From: Plasmodiophora brassicae
Lineage: Eukaryota
Direction: 5' to 3'
Length of the DNA: 64,000 nucleotides
NCBI GenBank assembly: GCA_036867785.1
Contig: CP145417.1
Location: forward strand, 806,001 to 870,000
Made by a program: the position numbers and the translations under genes. This document shows, piece after piece, positions 47,449-57,872 of this stretch. The notes under the pieces were generated by a model, which was not told where the DNA came from, made no database searches, and worked only from the letters and a program-made list of their open reading frames with translations. Position 1 is the first letter of the stretch; each line of letters opens with the position of its first letter.

Positions 47449-49055
47449 TGTGGAGAACTACCTGACAACGCTGGTGCACGACAGTGTGCGATGACTACCG
47501 ATCACGCGGTGTATCGAGTAGACATGAGAATGCTGACTGAGGACCAGGGCGCGGCTGGTGAAGGCCTTGGTCTCGGAACGTGGCTTGGTGCCGGAAGGTG
47601 GCTAGATGCCGGAAGGTGAGTGGCGTGAGTCATTGTGGTGGAGATGACTCATGACATCATCCCCCGCCAAAAAGGGATGTGGGGGTGGAAGGTGCGCGTG
47701 ATGAGCGGCTTGATGAGGTTGCGGGTCAAGTGAATCTTGATGGTGCGCGTGATGTGCGGCTTGATGTGATTGGGCTGGCTCGCAACTTGAGAACTGTGCG
47801 ATCTGGCTGGAGACGCGGCTCATATTTGTTTCGGACTCGCAGAATCTGTGACAGGATGGCAGTCGATAATGTCGTTACCGTGGGCGATGCCGATGACGTT
47901 GCCATATACGCTGGGACGTTCAGTGCCGGAGTGGCACATTCCTGGGCTGAGACTGATTGATGCGGATGATGAGGGTGGCGAGGAGCCGGTTGAAGTCGTT
48001 GAGTGGAGGTCGATGAGACCGATTGATGCAGATGATGAGGGTGGCGTGGAGCCGGTAGGACCGTCGGTGATGTCGTTACCATGGACGATGGCGATATCGT
48101 TGCCATATACGTTGGGATGTTCAGCGCCGGAGACGGCTGAGACCAATTGATGCGGATGATGAGGGTGGCGTGGAGCCGGTAGGACCGTCGGTGATGTCGT
48201 TACCGAGGACGATGGCGATGTCGTTGCCATATACGTTGGGATGTTCAGCGCCGGAGACGGCTGAGACCGATTGATGCGGATGATGAGGGTGGCGCGGAGC
48301 CGGTAATGCCGCTGGAGAAGACTTTGAAGAAAACTCTACCCAGGGCAGGAGGGTCGTAAGAGGCGCCGTTGACTAGGGATCGTGAACGACGTGCATGCAG
48401 ATGTGGCTGACGGAAGATCTGCGCTTGTAGACAGTTGCGCCTGGAAGTTGAGCAATAGAACTCGTGGAACCTCGGGAGATTCGCGGGCAGAGGTACCCAG
48501 TACGGTGAATGCGGAACGGGGGCGACGGCTGGAATGGTGCCGGTTGTTGTGCCGGAAGAGCGACTTCCATGTGGATGAAAGTCTCCCCGATGATGTCGGG
48601 TACCGGCCGGTGGATTTGCGTCCGGCGCGGATGGTACGGTTCTGAACCGGGGGTCGTGTTGATGACGGCGCTTGACGATATCCTGCATGGAGTCAGCGGG
48701 CGCATGCGGGTATCTAGCGTGTCGTGCATCGCGCTGTTGCTTGTTGGAGAGGCCGTGCTTGTCGGACCTCAATGATCGCGCGGAAGAGGATATGGTTAGG
48801 AGCCCTTTTCTCCACCTTCGTGTCGGTTGGTTCATCGCAAAAAAAAATGTGGAGAACTACCTGACAACGCTGGTGCACGACAGTGTGCGATGACTACCGA
48901 TCACGCGGTGTATCGAGTAGACATGAGAATGCTGACTGAGGACCAGGGCGCGGCTGGTGAAGGCCTTGGTCTCGGAACGTGGCTTGGTGCCGGAAGGTGG
49001 CTAGATGCCGGAAGGTGAGTGGCGTGAGTCATTGTGGTGGAGATGACTCATGACA
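47449..49055 (-). mobile_element. Small non-autonomous LTR element (TRIM-like, probably Gypsy-derived); 208-bp LTRs; 5-bp TSD ATTGC
   Basis: LTRs 47449-47656 and 48848-49055 look identical (TG...CA); ATTGC at 47444-47448 and 49056-49060; PPT-like GGCGGGGGATGA on the minus strand. Confidence 0.93.
47865..48305. repeat. Imperfect tandem repeat of about 124 bp (roughly 3 copies plus a partial) inside the small LTR element
   Basis: Recurring ATGTCGTTACC...GTTGCCATATACG...GATGCGGATGATGAGGGTGGCG..GAGCCGGT; units at 48069 and 48193 are 124 bp apart. Confidence 0.85.
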
Positions 49056-50543
49056 ATTGCCTCGTGAACGACGGACGAGTTAAGCCACGATCTGTGAGCC
49101 AGGTGGAAGATCAGGTCGTGGAATGACAGCTTGATGACTTTTGAGACGTCCGAAACGCTCATCGGAGAGCGAAGTTCGTACAGGACAAATTGCGCCATTC
49201 CCTCGGCATCCAAGCCATCGAGTGGAATGGGCGGCTGGCGACGCCTCTTCTCCCGACCCTCGAACGTCAAAAGCCAATCCAAGACCTGGCGTACACGTGG
49301 CCGCATCATAACGGCTTCGTGCAGTCGCGTCATTATGACTACAAGTTTACTGAAACATATAACAAGTCAATGTGCAAGTCCAGATGGAAGAGGCAAACCA
49401 CTTACTAGCTCAGAGCAGCATCGCAGCACCCGGGAAACATTATACCAGGGTCTCTATCTTCGCCGGTCCCAAGTTCAGTCGACATACGATCCCACTCCCT
49501 ATCCACAAGTGGATCTACGACTGGGGGACACTCAATCAGGGAGTCGGCAAATAGGAGATCGTCCAGCGGCATCAACGCAGCGAAGTCCTATGGGATGACG
49601 TCAGAGAGGGCCAACAGCACACGCGGCAGCATAGCCCACTGCTTGTGCCGGTAACCCGGCTACATCAAGAAAGCATGGCTGTGACCCAGACTTCACCAAA
49701 ACGGGTGGAATCTGGGTCACGTCGTCTTCAAAGTCAATTAACTTTGAATGCTGAATCCTACTGTAGGCTTGTACACTCGACAAGTGACCATCGGGGTTAT
49801 GATCCGGCAAACGTGGAACGGAATCCACCATAAAACTGTGTAGCTGCATCATCGCAGCCAGCGGCTCCCTAACCGACACACGTTACATAGGCATGTTGCA
49901 GCCAGGATGAATACCGAACCTTGCATAGTATAGGGGCACCCCTGACAAACGAACGGCGGACACGTGATCATCGGCAGTAGAAGAGGATTTCGAAAACGCT
50001 TTGAGACACCGTCCAACCAGAGCCAGGGGGAATATTACGTCCGAATCATGCGCAATCTGTGCATGTCCTTCAGGGAGACATTCAAGGTACACTCGCTTCT
50101 TGGCCCAGGATTCATCGATCTGTGAAACAGTCAAAATTAAGCTTCAGATGGAGCTGGCAGCAGGATCTTAAATAGCGTATCCTACGTGACGGCGGCAGGT
50201 CTGCAAACACTCCTGGATCCCCAGATAGCTTCGAGCGCTGACGGCAGCGTCAGTGCCAGCAACAGCCAGTTACGACGCAGCAGCTGGTACCTCATTATTT
50301 GTGTAGCGTACCAGATGACAGAAAACACAGACTCTAGCGGCCGGGTGACTGATCAGACATGTGTAAACAGCCCATCAACGATGTACTAACCATGGTCGTG
50401 CTGGCGATGAAGAACGTGATCTCCGCGTGGCGAACTTTCGGTTTCAGCCAATGCACCATCGTTGTTGGACACATCCTCCTCCGCTCCGTGATCTGTATTC
50501 AGGTCGCGTCAACAGGCAGGGGGAACGTTAACCACGAAGTAAG

Positions 50544-53218
50544 CTAACCTTGCTGACGACTATCGTAAAACGGACATTTGCGCCCTGAACGATGATCTGT
50601 TGCGGTGACGCCATTTCGCAGACACGCATGACACTTGGCGGCCTGCCTGTCCGTTGCAGAACGGGCGTCAAGTCGAGACGTGCGTTGAACACGATCAGGC
50701 AGTCGGCCACGCATTGCCCCCTGCCGCAACGGAGGACGAACGGCAACGTGAGCTTCTTGAGGATCCGCTGCGTGTCGAGCGCCAGCAAGATGCGACTGAA
50801 ACTCGGTTTGCAAGGAGGCAAACGTGGACATCAAGCGCCGATACAAGTGCTCGTTGGATCGGGCATCATGAACCAAACGCCCAAATGCCTCGGTGAGTTT
50901 TCGATACCGAACCTCCTGTTTCGACGGGTAGACGACTCGGTGATAAATATCGTCCTGGGATGCACGAACTGACACTGCTGGTTCATCAACCACGATACTG
51001 TCGCACGAAGCGTCACGTTCTGGAAGCATTGCATGATCTCCACCGGCTGCCGGCGCGTCAGGGACGCGAAGGTTCCGCCTCACTGCCTCGTATTGTGGAT
51101 GAAGGCGAAGCCACCATCGGCGGTGGACGTACTGCAAACTGAAGATATCATCTTGCGTGCGATTGAAGACAGCACAAATGCCGCTACACGGAATTAGTGT
51201 AGACCTACGAGAATAATCAGGAAGATATGAAGCACAACGCAAAGACTGTACCTAACCTGAACTCGGGGCACGTGCAAGATGGAATGTTGCCAAGGGATAC
51301 ATCGCCGAGCATTACGTGGTGTCGATCCGGCTGGTCAGAGGTTCCCACTTCGTACTCCCCTAAACAGATGTCACTGTAGGTAAACCCCAAACTGAATGCA
51401 GTATAGACTCTCACCTGTATCCACCTCCCTAACTGAACTGAGAAGGCGCGAATTGAGCTGTCTCTCTCGAAAAATGCTGTCAACGTAGTCGCTCCAATGC
51501 TTGCCCTTGCGAATAAGGTTAGACAATAGTCTTGCCGCCTCGTCCTCCTGTTGTTTCTGTATCATTTCCAGATGCGTAAACATCTCGAATAAGTTCGCGC
51601 GTGAGAGCCACGGCTGCACATCGCGTTTGGTACGGCTGATCGTGCCTTCTGCCCGCTGGTTTGACGAGTGTGATCCGGTAAACTTACAACTGGTGAATGT
51701 ACGACAAAGTTGTTGTCTCTTGTCAACAATGTCGTCGAAGAGTTTCACGGCTCCACCGTACTGTAGAAACATGAGGCGATACTCGTCCGCCTTCGCGAAG
51801 AACGCGTCTTCGGACGGAAATATGTGATAAACTAGCGTGTTCGCCTTGATCATGAACTCCTTCCCCTCGTGGCCAAGCCCTATAATGATGTTGTCTAAGA
51901 ATTCGATAACGGCAGTACGAGAGTCGCAGAAACTAATTACCTGCACAGGCGCGAGCTATCTTCGCCTGATAATGCTTGGTGCATTGGTGGTACACCATAT
52001 CGCATTCCACGGCAGCTGCCCGAAATGCTAGAGCATCGTCGGCGATCAGAACAGACTCGCTTCGTTTCACCCTAAAGTATTCTAGCGTCTTCACGACGTC
52101 CGCTTTGTTTTCAGCGGAGGGCCCAGCCATCGCGCCAACCACATACGACTTGCCTATTACCCATTGCGGTCACGCAAAGATATTGATCACAGCACGACAA
52201 ACGTACCAAGGCAATCGATAACGGTGACCGGAAGGAACACAAAGCCGTACGCGTTCATCTTCGCGCCGCCGTCGATTTGTACAACGTCGTTGTACACAGA
52301 CGCGAACTGAAGCCCTTCAGCGCGCGCTAGCCAGATTTTTTCCAATCGACAATCGACATCGATGTCGATTTCAAAGAAACCTCCGTGTTCTTCGTAGCTT
52401 CGTCCCAGGTTGATAAGGGCGTTCATAGCATCACGATCGCCGCCGAACGCCTGCAGTTTCCCCTTCCGCAGAAGACGGTGCAATAATGGCTTCTGAATTC
52501 TGCAGTCTGGAAATTGATCGGACAGCATGCGTGTGACCTGTAACATAGTTATACACGGAAAGGAGCTCGTAATCCCCATTTACCATTGGAAACGGAAGGG
52601 AATACTTGCCCAGGTTAATTATGTACGACAACTGGTCAGGAGTCAAATCCCGTTGGTCATTGACAATTACTGTCGTTGGAGATGGGATCATCACAAGGTG
52701 GTTGTGGGACAGACAGAATCTGTCCCCCTTAATGACGTATTGCCGTCGTCCAACATCGTACGTGAACGGAATGTTCAACGAACACGACGACTTCACTGAC
52801 CGATCAGCTTTCTCCGACTCGGTCTTAAAGTTGCAGTATCCATCACCTGACGATGGCTTATGAGTAGGAACCAACAACGCAGTGAAGGAACGAAATAACG
52901 AACCACGCGCCCAGGCTCCTTCGTGTCCGAACAACTCTACAGAGCGAGATGCCTTGGCGAACGTTTTGAACTTTATGATGACCTGTGAAAAATGTCAAAA
53001 TAATGGTACTTCAATTCACGGTTGGATAGACTTACACGGCACCCAGTCCTCTTGGCGAACCCTTCGATGAAATTCTTCAGTTCGAGTTGGGTTTCAAACT
53101 CCATCCCCGGAGCAGGGACGCCACAGACAGAATCTTGACCGGTGTCGCCGTCATCATCGCCAATCTCAATCTCCGGTAGATCCGGAAACGCTTGGGCGGC
53201 CTCGTCAACGCTCGCCAT
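50544..53218 (-). CDS. MULE transposase (FAR1-like, DDE, SWIM and C-terminal zinc knuckle), multi-exon
   Basis: PGMEFETQLEL, CLSHNH, VVQIDGGAKMNAYG, LIADDALA, HQCTKH, SNQRAEG, SWIM CTCPEF...IPCSGI, CHAC...HRSGRKCP. Confidence 0.88.
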
Positions 53219-53708
53219 CTCAATCTCAACCAGATCAACGGGCCGCGGGACGAATCTATAGGTTCATCCCGCGGACGAAATCACGGACAGCGAACGCGGG
53301 CACCCGCAGTAAAGCAGCAGCTCGCGGGACGAATGGCATTTTTCGTCCCGCGGGATCAATCGGGGGTGTCATCCCGCGGGAAGAGAAACAATTTCCCGCG
53401 GGATGAAAAAGTACGTCCCCGCGTAGACGTCGAGACCGTCGTATACAATGTAATACGAAATAGATGCTGACACGGCAGCAGATATTTATTGTTTATCCTG
53501 TTCAAATCGTGGAACACTGTACCTAGCCTTGTGACGACTGAAGTCGGCAGTGAGCGGCGTCCTGCCAGAGTCAGTGCGACCGGCTCGGGAGACGGGTGCT
53601 GCATGAAGGCCGCGCAACCCACGCACGCAGTGGTCTCGACCCAGTCAGACTCCGACCCGGCCCCTGCTGCTCATTCATGACGTGCGCTCACAACCAGTCA
53701 AAGTGATA

Positions 53709-55993
53709 CCACCACGGGAAGATGATTTTGCATAACGGGGACGAAATTTTTGCATAGCGGGGACATAATTTTTGCATGGCGGGGAACAAATTGAAGGTTG
53801 GCGGGGAACATAACGAATGGATGGCGGGGAAAAAATGCGTGGATGAGTGGCCCAAAATAAATGGATCGTCTCAATGCATGCGGGACGCGCGAGGGGGCCG
53901 CCTCATTGTGTACGGTACGGTACCCCCGTTGCAGGACGACGTCACCAGAACAATGGCCGGGATACAACCGATAACGGTAAGCCGATACCATACAGTAACT
54001 CCGACGTACCTACCGTACGGGTACCGTATTCTGACTTCATATCCCACATAGGTAGGAGGGTTGCAATCGTCGCCGACGCCCGCGCGTAGGCGAGTCGGTC
54101 GTCCTGCGATGAACCCGGAGCGGATTCCTCGCTTGGACCCTACAATCGCGTCGGACCCTAGAATCTGTGAAATCGACTTTACGACACCGGTTGCAAGGAT
54201 CCAGAACGCCGCTGAGCAACGCCGCCTGGAAGAACAGTGTCGAATCGCTCGCGAAAAAGCTCGACAGCGCGCATACCAGCAATTGCAGCAAATGGAGAGC
54301 GCTGCTGACCATGTTCGGGCTGTTGCTGACAGGGAGATCGACCGCATCCATCAGGTTGCGGACCGAAAACGACGCTTCGCTGACGAGTTGGTCGAGTGGC
54401 AGGCCCGACTGTCGGCCGACGAAGTCGCTGTGGAATCTGTTCCAGAGCGATTTCGTAAGGCTCTTCTCCCGCGGAAGCCACATATCGACGAAGACGAAGA
54501 TCGTCTTATGCATGCTCTGGACGGAAAGCGTTCGCAGGTATCGACGAAGACGAAGATCGTATTATGCATGCTCTTGACGGCAAGCGTTTGCAGGTGGAGA
54601 TCGCACGCGAGGTCGGCTGTGCTCAGTCAACGGTCTCCCGTCATCTGAACGGGGTATCGCAATCCCGTGACGGTTCTGCTCGAGGCCGGCCGCGGAAGCT
54701 GTCGGATGAGATGCTGAATGCTGCAGCGCGATTCATGTTTCTGCTCCCTGGTGCGACACTGACACTTGCAGCCGCATTTCTCCAGTTGTCGTACCATGTC
54801 GTCGTGTCCCGGAAGACTCTTGGGAAACACTTGCGGCGTAGGGCAGGGTTCCGCCTTGGTGACTTCAAAACCTTCCACGTACAACGCAATGCGCCAGAAA
54901 CAATCGATATTCGGTTCAGATACGTTGCCCGTCTGGAGTCGGAGGATTATCGCCGAAAGTTCGGCCCGAACCCGCTCTATGACGCGATCTACTACGATGA
55001 GATGCCACTAGCTCGGATTGCCAACCGAAAAATCTGGTCCGTTCGCGGTTGGATTCCGTCTCTGGTTGAAGAATCGGTCAGAGGACGCCACGTTTCGCTT
55101 CTGCTTGCTGTGAGCCCAGCAATTGGGGTTGTATGGTACGAAGTTCTCGATAAGACAATTGATGGTGACGCGTTCCTCGCTTTTTGCAACAACTTGGTCA
55201 AATCGTATGTGAATACTTCCAGGAATGGTCGCCCGCGGCTGTTCATTTTGGATAATGCTCGATTTCACCATGCTCGCTCGGTGGAGGCCTTTTTCGGACG
55301 CGACGAGGTCGCTCGCCACCTTGTCCTTGAGTTCCTTCCGCCATATTCGCCCTTTCTCGATCCCTGTGAGGAGCTGTTCGCTCTTATTAAGATCCGTATA
55401 TGGCTCAATTGGATTGCCGGCTCCTCCAATGAGCGGTCACTTGCACGCAGCAAGCAAACACTAGTTGAAGAAGTCCGGCGAGTAACGACAGACGATATCC
55501 GTCAGACGTACGACCATATGAGGGAATTCCTATCGTATTGCAAGGACCGGCGACCTGTTTTCACCCAAAAGTTGTACGAGTGTGCACACCATGGAGACGA
55601 GGAGCGGATGTGTCCGACGGGATCTTTGGAAGTGGATGATTTATTGAACAGTTACCTGCCCCAGTTTTATGAGGAGTTTACACCGAGCCGCTGTCAGCAT
55701 CTTCGTGATGTGTTTGGTTGTTCACGACTGACTAAAGACATCGTCGAGCAGTTCTACGACGCACATGTGCGTTCTGCGGGAGGCGGCGGCGCCCATGGCA
55801 GTGTGCGCTGAGTCGCTGCCACGCGCACGCACCTAACGCTCCAGCTATCGGTTTCAGAGAGACAAAATACATGCATAACGATCCATTATTTTTGTGCTCG
55901 TCATCCTTCAATTTGTTCCCCGTCATGCAAACATTATGTCCCCGCTATGCAAAAATTTCGTCCCCGTTATGCAAAATCATCTTCCCGTGGTGG
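53709..55993 (+). mobile_element. Complete Tc1/IS630-type DNA transposon; ~89-bp TIRs; TA TSD
   Basis: TA|CCACCACGGGAAGATGATTTTGCATAACGGGG... at 53709 and its reverse complement ending at 55993|TA; internal TTTGCAT..CGGGGA repeats. Confidence 0.95.
54109..55811 (+). CDS. DD38E transposase with N-terminal coiled-coil extension; predicted intron 54538-54593
   Basis: HTH QVEIAREVGCAQSTVSRHL, RGRPRKLS, YYDE, ILDNARFH...FLPPYSPFLDPCEE with 38 residues between D and E. Confidence 0.9.
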
Positions 55994-56739
55994 TATTGGG
56001 AAGCTCAGTGTAGCTCGAGATGGTGCGACGAAGACGAGCAGCGTCGAGGTTGTACAAGTGCGTCGACCTTCTTGTCAGGTAACTGACTGTTGGCATACGA
56101 ACACAGGCAATAACGGGAAGATGTTGCAGAGAATGAACTGGCAACGTCGCCCAGTCCTGGCACAACTCTGGACCCGTTTGCGAGCAGGAGAAATCGGTCC
56201 TTACCGCAGGGGCCGATTGCGGCGTATTTGTCCCAAGAGAACGTTAGGGCGGCAATGACGCCCCAGCGAAAGGCGATACGAGATGAAAGCGTTATGCCCC
56301 GCGTATGTCAATCATGGTTTGGTCTGGCACTGTACTATCTGACGAAACCGTGGATGTATAGCTATTACAGTGGCAACGATTTAAAGGACTGGCTGAGGCA
56401 TCGCGATGATCTCAGTGAAGAGGATGTCGACCTATAACCATACGTATCTGAGTAAGCGTGTATTCTCATGTAAATACGACTGTTACCACAGGGAACCATC
56501 TGGGGTCAAATAAGGGTTCAAATGAGGCTTTTCAGCATTGCCCCAAGATGACCCCTGTTTGACTCCCACTTGCCATCCAGTCACACTGTCGTCGGGGTGC
56601 CCGTCACAACCCTACTAAATTTGGAAACCTACTATTTATAGTTTCTCTCGGCGTGCACCTCGCTCGGAAACGTTGGGAGACATAAACCTTTTTATTACAT
56701 AATGGCGTCTGGAGCCTCACTTTTTCCATGGCGATTACC

Positions 56740-57509
56740 TCCTAAAATGAAAAGTATACATTGGATAATACCAGCAACATTGAGATCCACAGAGCAAGCT
56801 TACCGGTAGGCGCCGTCTTACACGCGATCAAGGACTTGCAGAAGCCCAGCGACAACCATGTCAATGATGTGGCTCTCACGAAACTGCGCGTTCGCCTCAT
56901 GTGGCATTAGTTGTTGTCTCAACTGTCGGAGAAAGTCAAACAGGCAGTCGTCGTGACCATCTACACAATGATTATTAAATTGGCGACAAATATGTGAATC
57001 CTTCATCTCCGTACTTTCAGTATGTCGGCACAGCACGTTCGATTCGCGCGAACATACATTTTCGGCCTTACGCTTGCTCTTGCGCGTCTGCTTAATGACT
57101 GACACGAAGATACGTTTAGAATTTCGAGACAAGATTTGGTTGCAGACTTCGACAAACGTTGCTTTGTATCCTCTACGGTCCACCATTTGACCGGAAGTCC
57201 AATGGATGGACCCTCTCTTAACATCCTGATGTGTATCTCCACGTCTTTATGGCAATCCCTCGACAGGTCGGCCTTGTATGTCCTATACAATAACAGTTAA
57301 TGTTCGTTTCGCCGGACAGACACGCGTGTAACGAACGACGTGTATATCGTCCTGGCAAGGTTGATTGCACGTTTACGCTCTGCTGTGCGCTCTTGCCGCG
57401 CGCCTTGTGACCGAAACTTCTTCAGAAGTTCTTCCTCTTCCGCAGACGGCACGCCCGCTTGTCTCTGCGCCAGACTCAGGGAAACGGTATGCGACCCTGC
57501 ACTCGCCAT
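56740..57509 (-). CDS. Second, accessory gene of the EnSpm element (hypothetical, multi-exon)
   Basis: Three consecutive minus-strand ORFs (57509, 57290, 57186) separated by intron-sized GT-AG gaps, inside the TIRs. Confidence 0.55.
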
Positions 57510-57872
57510 ACGCTTTCGTTATTGAGCAGCAACCGCCAGTCTCACGTCACACGAGGCAGCCGCACGCGCTCACCGGGCTGGCCGTACACTGTAACTGCAT
57601 GCGACATCGGGTGCCGGTTGCTGCACTCTGCAGCAAAGCGCGCGACGGCACTCCGAGTCGCACCTTCTCGTTTCTGCCCTCCGTGGCAGGCAGCGGCGAA
57701 TGCGATCGTGAAATCGGCAGTGGCCGTATCGATTCGCGAAGCAATTCAATATCGACGCGACTACTCAATACCCTTGTATTGCTTGCAAATGCTTAGGAGC
57801 TAGCTACCGTACAGGTACTTGATTCAGATAGTTTCGTACAAGAGTTCAAACAACAATGCAATGTACCTTGAC

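Larger units (their letters stand above)
46907..50134 (-). pseudogene. Ulp1/C48 SUMO-protease gene inside the MULE, interrupted by a nested LTR element (5' end uncertain)
   Basis: WLNSSVV near 49080; HWCLVVVD, LYDSL and PRQLDDCNCG at 46907-47245; removing the insertion restores HEAMTLISK. Confidence 0.8.
46438..53419 (-). mobile_element. Mutator-like (MULE) DNA transposon; 9-bp TSD CGCGTAGAC
   Basis: TSD at 46429-46437 and 53420-53428; GGG...CCC ends; 58-bp inverted repeat 46438-46495 / 53340-53397; contains transposase and Ulp1 genes. Confidence 0.93.

Noticed and set aside
48245-48835. 196-aa ORF inside the small LTR element as gag or integrase
   Set aside because: No zinc knuckle, DDE or GPY/F motif that I can defend; left unassigned.
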